Source of the DNA: Candidatus Latescibacterota bacterium
Lineage (GTDB): Bacteria; Latescibacterota; UBA2968; UBA8231
DNA: 64,000 nt
Assembly: GCA_965208105.1 (NCBI GenBank)
Contig: OZ242318.1
Coordinates: 3,456,001 to 3,520,000 of the forward strand
Reading direction: 5' to 3'
The stretch's first letter is position 1, and the number at the start of each line of letters is the position of its first letter. Below are positions 49,635 through 62,000 of the stretch, piece after piece. The position numbers and the translations under genes are program-made. Under the pieces are notes generated by a model. It was not told the origin of the DNA. It did no database searches and saw nothing but the letters and a program-made list of their open reading frames with translations.

Positions 49635-50702
49635 GTGACCAAGGAGTACAAATTGCCACGCACATACAGGACCTGCCTCATCGGATGCGGACGGATGGGC
49701 GCAACCATCGACGACGAAGTCGCGAATCGAGCCGATAGTTTCATCTGGCTGCCCTTTTCGCACGCCGCGGCAACGGTCGCCTGCGACAGGACCAACCTGG
49801 TGGCCGTCTCGGACGTCCTCGCCGACAAGGCGGAGTCCATCCGGAGGCGCTACGGAGCGGAGCGCGCCTATACGGACTACCGGCAGATGATCGAGAGGGA
49901 AAGACCCGACATCGTCTGCGTCGCCACGCGCCCCGGACCCCATGCCGAGATAACCGCCTTCGCGGCTGAAAACAAGGTCAGGGGGATCTACTGTGAGAAA
50001 CCGCTCTGCTGCTCCATGGAAGAGGCGGACATCATGGTGGACCAGGTGGAGAAGCACGGAGTCAAGTTCAACTACGGCACCCAGCGCCGCTTCACGCCCA
50101 ACTACCGCAAGGTGCTCGAGCTCGTCGATGCGGGCGAGATCGGGGAGGTCCAGTGCGTCATCGCACATTACGGAGCGACCTCCGCCCTGTGGGGACTGAC
50201 GCACGGCGCCGATATGCTTCTCTACATGGCCGGCGATCCGGAGGTGGACTTCGTCCAGGGCGCCATCACATGCAAGGACTCGGACTGGGAGGGCAATCGC
50301 CTGAATATCGATCCGCCCGTCACCAGCGGCTACATCCGTTACTCCAACGGCGTCCACGGCAATATTACGGCTGGTCAGGGTGTCGAATTCGAGGTATGCG
50401 GCAGCGAGGGCAAGATCCGGGTCCAGAACAACGGCAGGGAAGTCCATTTGAGGAAGAAGGACGGCGCCTTCTTGGAGGAGGCCCCCTTCCCCGACGTACC
50501 CCATGTCAGCGGCACCGTCATGGGAATCAAGGACATCGCCGGGGCTCTGGACGATGACCGTGAAACCATGGGTCCCGCCCACCTCGCGCGCCGCAGCCAG
50601 GAGACATTGATGGGAATCATCGAATCTCAACGGTTGGGCGGCAAACAGGTTCCCCTGCCCATGGAAAACCGCACGCTCTACGTTTCCGGGGATAAGTGGT
50701 GA
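49635..50702 (+). CDS. Gfo/Idh/MocA oxidoreductase
   Basis: IGCGRMG, IYCEKP, THGAD. Confidence 0.88.
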   Translation: MTKEYKLPRTYRTCLIGCGRMGATIDDEVANRADSFIWLPFSHAAATVACDRTNLVAVSDVLADKAESIRRRYGAERAYTDYRQMIERERPDIVCVATRPGPHAEITAFAAENKVRGIYCEKPLCCSMEEADIMVDQVEKHGVKFNYGTQRRFTPNYRKVLELVDAGEIGEVQCVIAHYGATSALWGLTHGADMLLYMAGDPEVDFVQGAITCKDSDWEGNRLNIDPPVTSGYIRYSNGVHGNITAGQGVEFEVCGSEGKIRVQNNGREVHLRKKDGAFLEEAPFPDVPHVSGTVMGIKDIAGALDDDRETMGPAHLARRSQETLMGIIESQRLGGKQVPLPMENRTLYVSGDKW

Positions 50703-50834
50703 TGTCTGCAAGCACGGAAATAATTGGAATGAAGATGGAAGGCCGGAGGACGCGGGAGGAGGCAGGGCGCTGCCTGCGCGACGGCAGCGGACCTGTCCCG
50801 GGCGGACCCAGGTGATGGGCTGGGTTGATCCCTC

Positions 50835-52070
50835 TTGAAATCAGGAGATTGCATAGTAGTCGGCGGAGGAGCCGCCGGGATGATCGCGGCCATCGTCGCC
50901 GCCGAGGGGGGCGAGCGGGTTACCCTGCTCGAAGGCAGCGGAAAATTGGGCCGCAAGATCTTGATTTCGGGCAACGGGCGCTGCAACCTGACGAATACGG
51001 CGGCGGACGACCTCAAGCACTATCACGGCACCCACCCGCGCTTCGTCCGCAGCGCCCTGGACCAGTTCCGCCTGGAGGAAACCCTGGCGTTTTTCGCCGA
51101 CCTGGGCGTCGAGTTTCGCGAGGAAAAACGGCAGCGCATCTTTCCCGTCTCGGACCAGGCGCAGTCGGTCATCGATCTGCTCGCCGACCGCATGCGCTGC
51201 CTGGGCGTCGGGGTCGAAACCAACGCCAAGGTGGTGGGCCTGAGGCGCGCCCCCGGCTCCGACCGCTTCGAGCTGAGCGACGCCGAGGGGCGGCGCTTTA
51301 CCGGCGATCGGGTGATATTGGCCAGCGGCGGCGTCAGCCTCGCCCGCCTGGGGGCCGACCGCTCGGGCATGGACCTGGCCGTGGCCATGGGGCACCGCCT
51401 CACCGGCCTCAAGCCCGGGTTGGTGCCGCTGATCAGCCCGGACAAGTATCTCGCCCGCATGCAGGGGCTCAAGGTCCGGGCCGAGGTGCGCGTTGCGCTC
51501 AAGGGCGGGCGCGAGGCCGTGGATACGGACGACCTGCTGTTTACCAAGTACGGTGTCTCGGGATTTACCGTGTTGAACCTCAGCGCCCGCCTGGTGCCCG
51601 AGCTGGGGGAGGAGGGCGCCGTGCTGCGGGTCAACTTCTTCCCCGGCCGCAGCCCGGAGGCGATCAGCCAGTTGCTCAACGAGCGCTGGCAGCGCCATCC
51701 CCACCGCTCGCTGGAGCTGAGCTTCGCCGGCCTGCTCTCCAGCAAACTGGTGCGGCCGCTCCTGGGTCATCTGGGGTTCGACGCAGGGCAGCGGGTCGAC
51801 CGGGTGAGCAAAGGCGCGCGCTGGAAGCTGGCCCAAAGCCTGGCGAACTGGCCGATCGCGGTCAGCGGCCCGAGGCCCTTCGACTACGCCGAGGTGACGG
51901 TCGGCGGTGTGAGGACCGAGGACATCAATCCGGATACACTCGAATCCTTCCTGGTGCCCGGCCTCTACTTCGCCGGCGAGATGGTCGATATCCACGCCGA
52001 CCTGGGGGGATTCAACTTCCAGTGGGCATGGGCCAGCGGGGTTCTCGCCGGCCGCCGGCTGGGGTCGTGA
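50835..52070 (+). CDS. HI0933/BaiN-like flavoprotein
   Basis: VGGGAAG, GRKILISGNGRCNLTN, VTVGGV, GLYFAGE.VD, GGFNFQWAWASG. Confidence 0.93.
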   Translation: MKSGDCIVVGGGAAGMIAAIVAAEGGERVTLLEGSGKLGRKILISGNGRCNLTNTAADDLKHYHGTHPRFVRSALDQFRLEETLAFFADLGVEFREEKRQRIFPVSDQAQSVIDLLADRMRCLGVGVETNAKVVGLRRAPGSDRFELSDAEGRRFTGDRVILASGGVSLARLGADRSGMDLAVAMGHRLTGLKPGLVPLISPDKYLARMQGLKVRAEVRVALKGGREAVDTDDLLFTKYGVSGFTVLNLSARLVPELGEEGAVLRVNFFPGRSPEAISQLLNERWQRHPHRSLELSFAGLLSSKLVRPLLGHLGFDAGQRVDRVSKGARWKLAQSLANWPIAVSGPRPFDYAEVTVGGVRTEDINPDTLESFLVPGLYFAGEMVDIHADLGGFNFQWAWASGVLAGRRLGS

Positions 52071-52144
52071 GGTTTGGGTGGCGGCCAGTGATGGGACGGG
52101 CTCGGCTGCCCAAGCTGACGACGCTTCCTGGCCATAACATGCCC

Positions 52145-52173
52145 TTGACAACATATGTCGTAGAAAACATATT
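52145..52173 (+). promoter_or_regulatory. Putative TA-type promoter/operator at the left edge of the defence island
   Basis: TTGACA-17 nt-CATATT containing palindrome ACATATGT and a repeated AACATAT. Confidence 0.5.
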
Positions 52174-52179
52174 TCGTCT

Positions 52180-52296
52180 GCGAATTGGGTAGTGGAGATC
52201 GCGGATGAGTTCGATCCGGAGTTCGACAGCCTGCACGAAGAGGTGCAAACCGAGACCTTAGCGATTGCCCGGCTCGCAAATGAAGGAGGATCATGA
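52180..52296 (+). pseudogene. Internally deleted RelE/HigB (Gp49-like) toxin
   Basis: (A)NWVVEIADEFDPEFDSLHEEVQTETLAIARLANEGGS*; catalytic core missing; stop overlaps the antitoxin ATG. Confidence 0.7.
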
Positions 52297-52622
52297 TGCC
52301 TTTGAACGTGGAGGAAAAGATTGCGATGCTCGATCCTGACCGGCGCCGCAAGGTCGAGGATCGGGCTACCGAGCTCATTGCTGAGGAGATGAGCCTGCGC
52401 CAACTCCGCAAGGCCCGGCAGCTCACCCAGGCGCACGTCGCGCTCCAACTGGGGATTTCGCAGGAGGGCGTCTCCCGGCTCGAGCAAAGAAGCGATCTAT
52501 TGCTCTCGACGTTGCGCAAGACGGTGGAGGCCATGGGCGGCAGGCTTTCGCTCACCGCCAAATTTCCCGACCGTCCGCCGGTCGAGTTGTCCGGCATCGC
52601 CGAGGGCAGTCCCCATGACTGA
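52293..52622 (+). CDS. XRE-HTH antitoxin (HigA-like)
   Basis: LRQLRKARQLTQAHVALQLGISQEGVSRLEQRSDLLLSTLR..VEAMGG. Confidence 0.9.
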   Translation: MMPLNVEEKIAMLDPDRRRKVEDRATELIAEEMSLRQLRKARQLTQAHVALQLGISQEGVSRLEQRSDLLLSTLRKTVEAMGGRLSLTAKFPDRPPVELSGIAEGSPHD

Positions 52623-52702
52623 GCCCTAGGCAGGTTGAAACTAAAGCTGCCGGGATTCAACCCGAGTTACCGCGCCCTGGTTAAACAGGAGGAGACACAG
52701 GA

Positions 52703-54694
52703 GTGAAAATATCGACTATCCTCGACAACATCGATAGCGGTTATATGGCGCTGCCGAAATTCCAGCGCGGGTACGTCTGGAATCGCGACCAAGTGCGCGG
52801 CCTGATGGATTCGCTCTACCGCCGCCATCCGGTTGGGAGCCTGCTTGTATGGGCCACACCAGAGGAGGAGGTGAGTCACCGGGGTGAACAGGATCTTGCT
52901 CCGGGTGTCGTGAGGCTGCTGTTGGACGGCCAGCAGCGGGTGACATCACTCTACGGCATCATCCGCGGGGAGCCACCCGCATTCTTCGACGGCAACGCAA
53001 GGACCTTTACGGGGCTCTACTTCCATCTCCAGGACGAGGAGTTCAGGTTCTATCAGCGGACGCACATGCAAGACGACCCCCTCTGGATCAATGTCTCCGA
53101 GTTGATGAAAGGGGGACACGACGGGTTGGGCGAACAGATTTATCGTCTCGGACGACTCCCGGAGTTCAAGGCCATGTACGGAAAGTTCAACGGTCGCCTG
53201 AATCAGATTCTCGGCATCCGGGACATCGACCTCCACGTGGAGGAAGTGACCGGCCCCGACAAGACGATCGATGTGGTGGTGGACATCTTCAATCGTGTCA
53301 ACAGCGGCGGCACGAAACTCTCGCAGGGAGATCTGGCGCTAGCCAAGATCTGCGGTTCCTGGCCTGAAGGCCGCGAGCGTATGCAATCCATTCTCCAAAG
53401 GTGGCGGGAGAGCGGGTACGACTTCAGTCTCGATTGGCTGCTGAGGAACGTTAACGCCATCGTGACGGGTGAAGCACGGTTCGTGCATCTTCACGAGGTG
53501 CCGACGGCGGCGATTCAGGATGGCCTCGCTCGTGCCGAGCGAGGCATCGACCACGCCTTGAACCTCATCGATGGTCGTTTGGGCCTTGATCATGACCGTG
53601 TTCTCTTCGGCCGTTACGCGTTGCCGGTCATGTCCCGTTACATCGACAAACGCGGTGGCCAATTGGCGGATGTCACCGAGCGGGATCGCCTCCTGTACTG
53701 GTATTTCCAGAGCGCCATGTGGGGCCGATTCTCAAGTGCGAACGAGAGCAAACTCGACCAGGATTACGAGGCCATTCAAGACACCGACGGAGGCATCGGC
53801 CGGCTTCTTGACCAGTTGCGGCTCTGGCGCGGCAGTTTTCGCGTCGAGCCCGCACACTTCCGTAGCTGGGGTCGAGGAGCGCGGTTCTATCCCGTGCTGT
53901 ACGCCTTGACGCGCGTTGGCGACGCCCGAGACTGGGGAACTGGGCTTGCCCTGAAGAGGTCGCTGCTGGGCCGCATGAACACACTCGAAGTTCATCACAT
54001 CTTTCCTAAGGGATTGCTCTACCGGCGCGACTTTCAGAGATCGCAAGTGAACGCCATCGCCAATTTCTGCTTCCTGACCAAGGACACAAATTTGCGGATC
54101 AGGGATCGCCCACCCTCCGAGTACCTTCCTGAGATCGAGGAGCGACATCCGGGTGCGCTCGCCTCGCAGTGGATACCGATGGAGGAGGATCTTTGGCAGA
54201 AGGAGAACTACCTCCGTTTTCTCGAAGAGCGGCAACGCCTGCTCGCACAGGCGGCCAACTCCCTGTTGGGGGAGCTCCTGCACGACGGTGCGACCGAGCA
54301 CGAAGTGGAGATGGCGCCGCCTGTTGAGGTCAGCGTGCCTCAACCCGGACCGGTTCCGGGTGGAATCGAAGATGCTGAGGAAGAGGCGATCCTCATGGAC
54401 TTGAACGAATGGGTCCGGGGAAACGGGCTACCCGAAGGGAAACTGGGATTTGAGCTCTCACACCCTGACACGGGCGATCCGCTTGCCATACTCGATCTGG
54501 CCTGGCCCAACGGGCTCCAGGACAGCTACAGCCAACCGGTGGCGCTCCTGCTCGGAGAAGAGCCGGAGACCCTGCAGATGGCGAACGACCACGGATTCCG
54601 CCACTTCACCAGCGCAGATGCCTTCAAGCGTTACACGGAGGCCGAAGTGCTAATGTTGGCCCCCGAAGGCGAAGCCGCTGCGGCGGGGGGATAG
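52703..54694 (+). CDS. GmrSD-family (DUF262 + HNH) modification-dependent restriction nuclease
   Basis: LPKFQRGYVW, LLLDGQQR, IFNRVNSGG; EVHHIFP...ANFCFL...N. Confidence 0.88.
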   Translation: MKISTILDNIDSGYMALPKFQRGYVWNRDQVRGLMDSLYRRHPVGSLLVWATPEEEVSHRGEQDLAPGVVRLLLDGQQRVTSLYGIIRGEPPAFFDGNARTFTGLYFHLQDEEFRFYQRTHMQDDPLWINVSELMKGGHDGLGEQIYRLGRLPEFKAMYGKFNGRLNQILGIRDIDLHVEEVTGPDKTIDVVVDIFNRVNSGGTKLSQGDLALAKICGSWPEGRERMQSILQRWRESGYDFSLDWLLRNVNAIVTGEARFVHLHEVPTAAIQDGLARAERGIDHALNLIDGRLGLDHDRVLFGRYALPVMSRYIDKRGGQLADVTERDRLLYWYFQSAMWGRFSSANESKLDQDYEAIQDTDGGIGRLLDQLRLWRGSFRVEPAHFRSWGRGARFYPVLYALTRVGDARDWGTGLALKRSLLGRMNTLEVHHIFPKGLLYRRDFQRSQVNAIANFCFLTKDTNLRIRDRPPSEYLPEIEERHPGALASQWIPMEEDLWQKENYLRFLEERQRLLAQAANSLLGELLHDGATEHEVEMAPPVEVSVPQPGPVPGGIEDAEEEAILMDLNEWVRGNGLPEGKLGFELSHPDTGDPLAILDLAWPNGLQDSYSQPVALLLGEEPETLQMANDHGFRHFTSADAFKRYTEAEVLMLAPEGEAAAAGG

Positions 54695-54829
54695 AGGTTT
54701 TTTCTCTTTTCTGAGGCGGCGTTTCAAGGTCTGGCACATCTGGAGTCCAAAACGGATGGTGAAGAAGGGTGCAAAGGGGTCGTCAGGCGAGTGCACTCGC
54801 CCGAACTCGCAGCAGTCGGAGTCAGCAGA

Positions 54830-55741
54830 ATGCTAGAAAGATTCACAGGACGCGGTGGTCGTCGCCTCGCAATTGAGGCGCTCAGAAGACAACCTGTCAT
54901 AGGCGAAGCCGAGAATCTTGCAGAGACCATCTGCGATAATGCTGAGGTCGTGGGCTTCGCTCCGGGTTCCCCCATAATTGAAGAATCAGCGCCAGACAAC
55001 GACATCTACTTCATCTTGGCCGGGGTTGTCTCAATCCGAGTGGTTGGCAGAGAGATTGCGGTTAGGACTGCAGGACACCACATCGGTGAAATGGCAGTAT
55101 TGGATCCTGGACAGCCACGGTCCGCATCCGCGGTCGCTGAGGGAGAGGTTGTCACCGCACGTGTTTCCGCAGGGGCGTTCAGCGAACTGGCTGAGGCCAA
55201 CCCTCGACTATGGCGGAACATAGCTCGTGAGTTGGCTGAACGTCTTCGACAACGGAACCGCTTCATCTCCCCGGTGAATCCCCGGCCTGTCTTGTTTCTG
55301 GGCTGTTCGACAGAGTCGCTTCCCATCGCTCGCGCGATCCAATCGGCACTCGAGCACGACCCGATAGTAGTCAAAGTCTGGACAGATGACATCTTCGAGG
55401 CATCGAACTTCCCAATCGAGTCCTTGGAGCGGGAGTTGCCGAAGGTGGATTTTGCGGCACTTGTCCTGTCCCCGGACGATAGAGTGGTCAGCCGAAATGA
55501 AGCAAGTGACGCGCCAAGAGACAACATCGTGTTTGAATTGGGACTTTTCATGGGGGCTCTGGGCCGCGCCCGTACGTTCCTGATCTACCCACACGGTGTC
55601 GATGTCAAGATTCCGACAGACCTTGAAGGGATAATACCCCTCACCTACAACCCAAGCCCGCAGTGCGAGGTTGACGCTACTGCCGTAGCGTCAGCAGGTA
55701 ATCGATTGAGAAACCAGATACTGTCAGTTGGATGTCGTTGA
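54830..55741 (+). CDS. pycTIR: Pycsar effector PycTIR (cNMP-binding domain + TIR NADase)
   Basis: IGEMA..PRSAS cNMP-binding motif; FLGCS, DFAALVLSPDD, PRDNIVFELGLFMGALG TIR motif; adjacent cyclase. Confidence 0.9.
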   Translation: MLERFTGRGGRRLAIEALRRQPVIGEAENLAETICDNAEVVGFAPGSPIIEESAPDNDIYFILAGVVSIRVVGREIAVRTAGHHIGEMAVLDPGQPRSASAVAEGEVVTARVSAGAFSELAEANPRLWRNIARELAERLRQRNRFISPVNPRPVLFLGCSTESLPIARAIQSALEHDPIVVKVWTDDIFEASNFPIESLERELPKVDFAALVLSPDDRVVSRNEASDAPRDNIVFELGLFMGALGRARTFLIYPHGVDVKIPTDLEGIIPLTYNPSPQCEVDATAVASAGNRLRNQILSVGCR

Positions 55742-55764
55742 AACCCGGCGAAGGAGATTAGAAA

Positions 55765-56460
55765 GTGGGGCTCGGAGATGACCTCAATTCAGAAGTGCAT
55801 AAAGTCCTCCAAGAGAAATGGTCTGCACGGGCCGGTCGATCTGTCCCGGAATCAGACGGCCTGAAGCTAGACAATGATGCCGTCACCCTGAAAGGTACAG
55901 TCCTCTATGCAGATCTCGACAACTCGACGAATCTGGTAGATACTAAGAATCCTCGGTTCTCGGCAAAGATCTACAAATGCTACTTGGCATGCTGTGCAAG
56001 GATTATCCGTTCAGAGGGTGGGGTAATCACCTCATACGATGGGGACCGCATTATGGCGGTGTTTATTGGCAAGACAAAGAACAGTAACGCCGCACGCACT
56101 GCTCTCAAGATCAACTACGCAGTAAGAGAGATCATCAATTCCGCGATCCGGGATCAGTACCCCAAAAGTAGCTATTCGGTAAGGCACGTAGTCGGTATCG
56201 ACACCAGTGAGCTTTTCGTGGCACGCACGGGCATCCGGGGCGCCAATGACCTCGTCTGGGTTGGGCGCGCTGCAAACTATGCGGCCAAATTGTCAGCACG
56301 GTCAGGGCCTGCTACACAGATTACTGCTGACGTATACGGGATGCTCTGTGAAAGCTCGAAGCTCAGCGGGGCCGGGAAGGAAAATATGTGGACCCTAACA
56401 ACTGCCCCAGAAATCGGAGACAAGACAATCTATACTTCATCCTGGTGGTGGCGACTGTAG
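55765..56460 (+). CDS. pycC: Pycsar pyrimidine (probably uridylate) cyclase
   Basis: TVLYADL, YDGDRIMAVF, RHVVGID, NDLVWVGRAANYAAKL, aromatic-rich C-terminus. Confidence 0.9.
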   Translation: MGLGDDLNSEVHKVLQEKWSARAGRSVPESDGLKLDNDAVTLKGTVLYADLDNSTNLVDTKNPRFSAKIYKCYLACCARIIRSEGGVITSYDGDRIMAVFIGKTKNSNAARTALKINYAVREIINSAIRDQYPKSSYSVRHVVGIDTSELFVARTGIRGANDLVWVGRAANYAAKLSARSGPATQITADVYGMLCESSKLSGAGKENMWTLTTAPEIGDKTIYTSSWWWRL

Positions 56461-56582
56461 ACGAGCATGGAGTCAATCCCCACGCTTCACAATCTCAAGA
56501 GTGGTGGTCTCTGGATGCCCGTTCCCTTGAACGTGATTGCATCCTTGCATCCTGCCGAGGAAGCCGGTTGAGGAGCCGCTGA

Positions 56583-56837
56583 ATGTCCCTGGTACATCCC
56601 GGCGAGATTCTGCGGGAGGAGATGCACGAGCGCAGCCTCTCAGCCAACGCACTGTCCCAAGCGCTCGACATCCCCGTAAACCGTATAACTGCCATCCTAA
56701 ACGGGCATCAGGGTGTCACGCAAAACATCGCACGCCGCCTGTCGCGGTACTTCGGGACAACGCCAGACTTCTGGCTCAATCTGCAGAAGACCGGGGAGTT
56801 TCGCCGCGCCGGGACCGGAGCGAGATACCTGCCCTGA
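56583..56837 (+). CDS. Orphan HigA/VapI-family HTH antitoxin
   Basis: HPGEILREE..LSANAL..RI..I..G..A.RL..YFGTTPDFWLNLQ. Confidence 0.82.
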   Translation: MSLVHPGEILREEMHERSLSANALSQALDIPVNRITAILNGHQGVTQNIARRLSRYFGTTPDFWLNLQKTGEFRRAGTGARYLP

Positions 56838-56852
56838 CAGACAGATTCCGAC

Positions 56853-58763
<1,911 letters not shown>

Positions 58764-59045
58764 GGGGCGGTACCTGGCTGAGCGGAGTGATCGAAAGGAC
58801 CGGCAAACAGAACGGGATGTTGCCCTCCACATCGAGGAATCCCAATGGATGGGACCGCCCGCCATCCGCATGGCTCCTACGAAGGCCGGAGTGCTAACGG
58901 TCGGGACATGACGCCTTCGTACGGGCAATGTCCTCTGTCCAACAAACTAACGCCTTGATTGGGGTTATCCTATGGAGTCCTCACCACTAGAAGGATTGCC
59001 ATTCATGCCCAAGTATCGCAACTGCTTCTACGGAGTCGGCACGCG

Positions 59046-62000
59046 ATGACCGAACCTCCTACACCGCACGTCCCTGCCGATCTTCGTCTGTACTTGGACA
59101 CGATTGCGGACCGGTTGCTCTCTGGGCACGCAGCCGTCATGGTCGGGTCCGGCTTCAGCAAGAACGCTGCACCGACTGGCTCTCATCCTGGATTCCCCGA
59201 TTGGTCTCGATTGGGCGACCGCCTCTTCGAGAAGCTCCACGGCCACCCCCCAGGACCCAACGAGAGATATCTTCAGGTTCCCGCGCTGGCGCACCAGGTC
59301 GAGGCCGCCTTTGGCCGGCCCGCCCTCGACCAGATGCTGCGGGACTCCATCCCTGACCTGCAACATGAACCCTCGCAACTCCACGAGGATCTGCTTGACC
59401 TCCCTTGGTCCGACGTTTTCACTACGAACTACGACACCCTTCTCGAACGCGCCCGTCGATCAGTCATTTCCCAACGGTTCGATGTCGTGCTCAAGCCCGA
59501 CGACCTCGGACACTCCAATCGCCCCCGCATCGTCAAGCTGCATGGCAGCCTGCCGTCCGACCGCCCGTTCATCGTCACCGACGAGGACTACCGGAGATAT
59601 CCCCACCAATTCGCTCCCTTCGTGAACGCGGTTCGCCAAGCCCTGCTTGAGAACACGCTCTGCCTACTCGGGTTCTCCGGCGACGACCCAAACTTCCTGC
59701 AATGGGTCGGATGGATCCACGACCATCTCGGCCACCGCAATTCGCCCAAGATGTACCTCGTCGGCCTGCTTCAGCTTTCCCCTTCCCAGAAAACGCTTCT
59801 TGAACGCCGTAACATCACTCCAGTCGACATGTCTGCGTGTCCCGGCATCGGCAATGATCACTATCAGGCCCTCGACTTGTTTCTCCGCTATCTCCACTCT
59901 CGCCAAATCGCAGACAATCAACTCGACTGGCCATTCAGGGCCGACGACCAGCCTACATCGCCTGATAGTAAGGAGCCCCGGGAGATCGTCGAGATATGGA
60001 CCGCCCAGCGTCGACGATATCCCGGGTGGATGGTTCTTCCCGAAGACCTGCGTTCGTCACTCTGGCTCCAGACCGACGATTGGCTCCGAGGCCCGCCCTC
60101 CGCAGATGCCCTTCCCCCGGTTCTCGACCTCGAGTTCGCCTTTGAACTCGTGTGGCGCATGGAAAGATGCCTTTGCCCGATCCTTGACAATCAAATCCCC
60201 TTCTTTGAGGAAACGATAGATCGCTACTGGTTGGCTACCAACTCCGCCGCTTCGCTCGACTCGCTGTCTCTCGGTGGGAACGAGGTCGACGCCCGAGGGC
60301 TTACCCTGGACGCCATCCGACACCGCTGCCACTACCTCCTCCTTGCCATGCTGCGTCGTTACCGCGAAGAGGGGCACACCGCCAAATGGGATGACACCTG
60401 CCAGAGGATTCAGGCAGTTCTGCCAATCCTCTCTCCAGAGCACGCGGCGTGGTTCCACTATGAGCGGGCACTATTCTCCTTGTTCGCCCTAAATCTCGAA
60501 CAGCTCAAGACCCGCCTCGCCGAATGGCCGCGCAACGACGCACTTCCATTCTGGGCCGCGAAAAAGGCGGGCTTGCTCGCGGAGATCGGTGAGGTGAACG
60601 AAGCCCGGCAAATTCTGGAGCAGTCATTGGACACGATTCGAGTAAAGTTGAACCTCACCCCCACGGGGAAAGACTACACCTTGGTGTCCCAAGAGGCCTT
60701 CGTGATGTACCTGCTCCAGGCGGTGCGACAGTCATCCATCCTTGAAGAGCCGGACCAATCCGAATCTCACCGTCAGCGACGGGAGTTCCGAGAGCGTTGG
60801 CATGTTCTTAAGCAGTACAAGTGCGACCCTTGGCAGGAGATCGCGACCTTCAAACACAAACTGCAGCGCCCTCCTGCAATAACGCCCGACGTTACTGAGG
60901 AGCCCACGTTCGATATAGGGAGGTCCATACAAACACACCATATTCAAGCCTGGAACGAGGAAGCCTTGGCCGCATACAACTTCCTGCGGTTCTGCGAAGA
61001 TGCCGGCATCCCATTCCGGGTGTCCAACTATATGATTGCCACAAAGAGCGCCGAAGGAATACTGACGCGTATCTCTGAGTATTCGTCATTTTGGGCACTG
61101 GCAACCCTTGTGAGAATCAATGACGCCAAAGCTGTCGACAAGATCTTCCACCGGGCCTCTCTTGCGCGAATGAATACGCCGTCTGTCGACCGTCTCATCG
61201 ACCGTTACCTGGAGTCCCTTAGGCTCGCACTCCCAGACATCGCCACAGGGGGCCGCCGGCCCGGTGCCACTTTCGGCACGGTATTAGCCCAAGTTCTGCC
61301 GGAGATCCTTTCGCGGTTGTGTTGCAAGTGTTCACGAGACGCCAGGGAGATGCTCCTCGACTGGCTTCTGGAAGTTTACCGGTCAAATCCCAGGCCGAAC
61401 TACCAAGGCATAAAAAACGTAATGAGTAGGCTTCTCGAAGCACTCCCGGTGACTGAGCGTGTCGCCATAGTACCGAAACTTCTCCAGTTTCCCATTCTGT
61501 CGGAACTTAACGCGCTTGAAGAAGGGGAATACCTGAATCCGTTTGAATTTCTCGATCTCCCCGAGGACTTGATCGACGAAGTCACGATGTCGGACACGCA
61601 GCTTGACCTTTTTTTCGACGGAGCGTCCTCCGACAAGCCTTCCGTACGGAGATGGGCGATATCTACGCTCGATAAGTTGCATTCCGGGGGACTGCTGGAC
61701 CACGCTGCGTCACAACGGTTCTGCGAAGCCCTGTGGAGTCGAGTCGACGAGCACGGTCTGCCTTCGGATACTAATTACTATCGATTTGCCTTTTTGTCTC
61801 TGCCGCATCCGAAAGAAGTTGACCCGGTTGAGGGCTTCATTCGATATGTGCGGGCAGCGCAGTTTCCCGCTCAGGAGAACCAAACGCAAACCACGATCGG
61901 AATTGACGCGAACGGCAAGGTGCCCCTTTGTCATGACATTTGCTCGGCGAAGGACATCCCGTGGTCCGGGGATGATGTTCACTCCATCGTACACCGTCTC

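Noticed and set aside
52648-52666. tRNA T-arm-like sequence as an att site
   Set aside because: Imperfect TTCGA loop, no cloverleaf, no second copy and no integrase.
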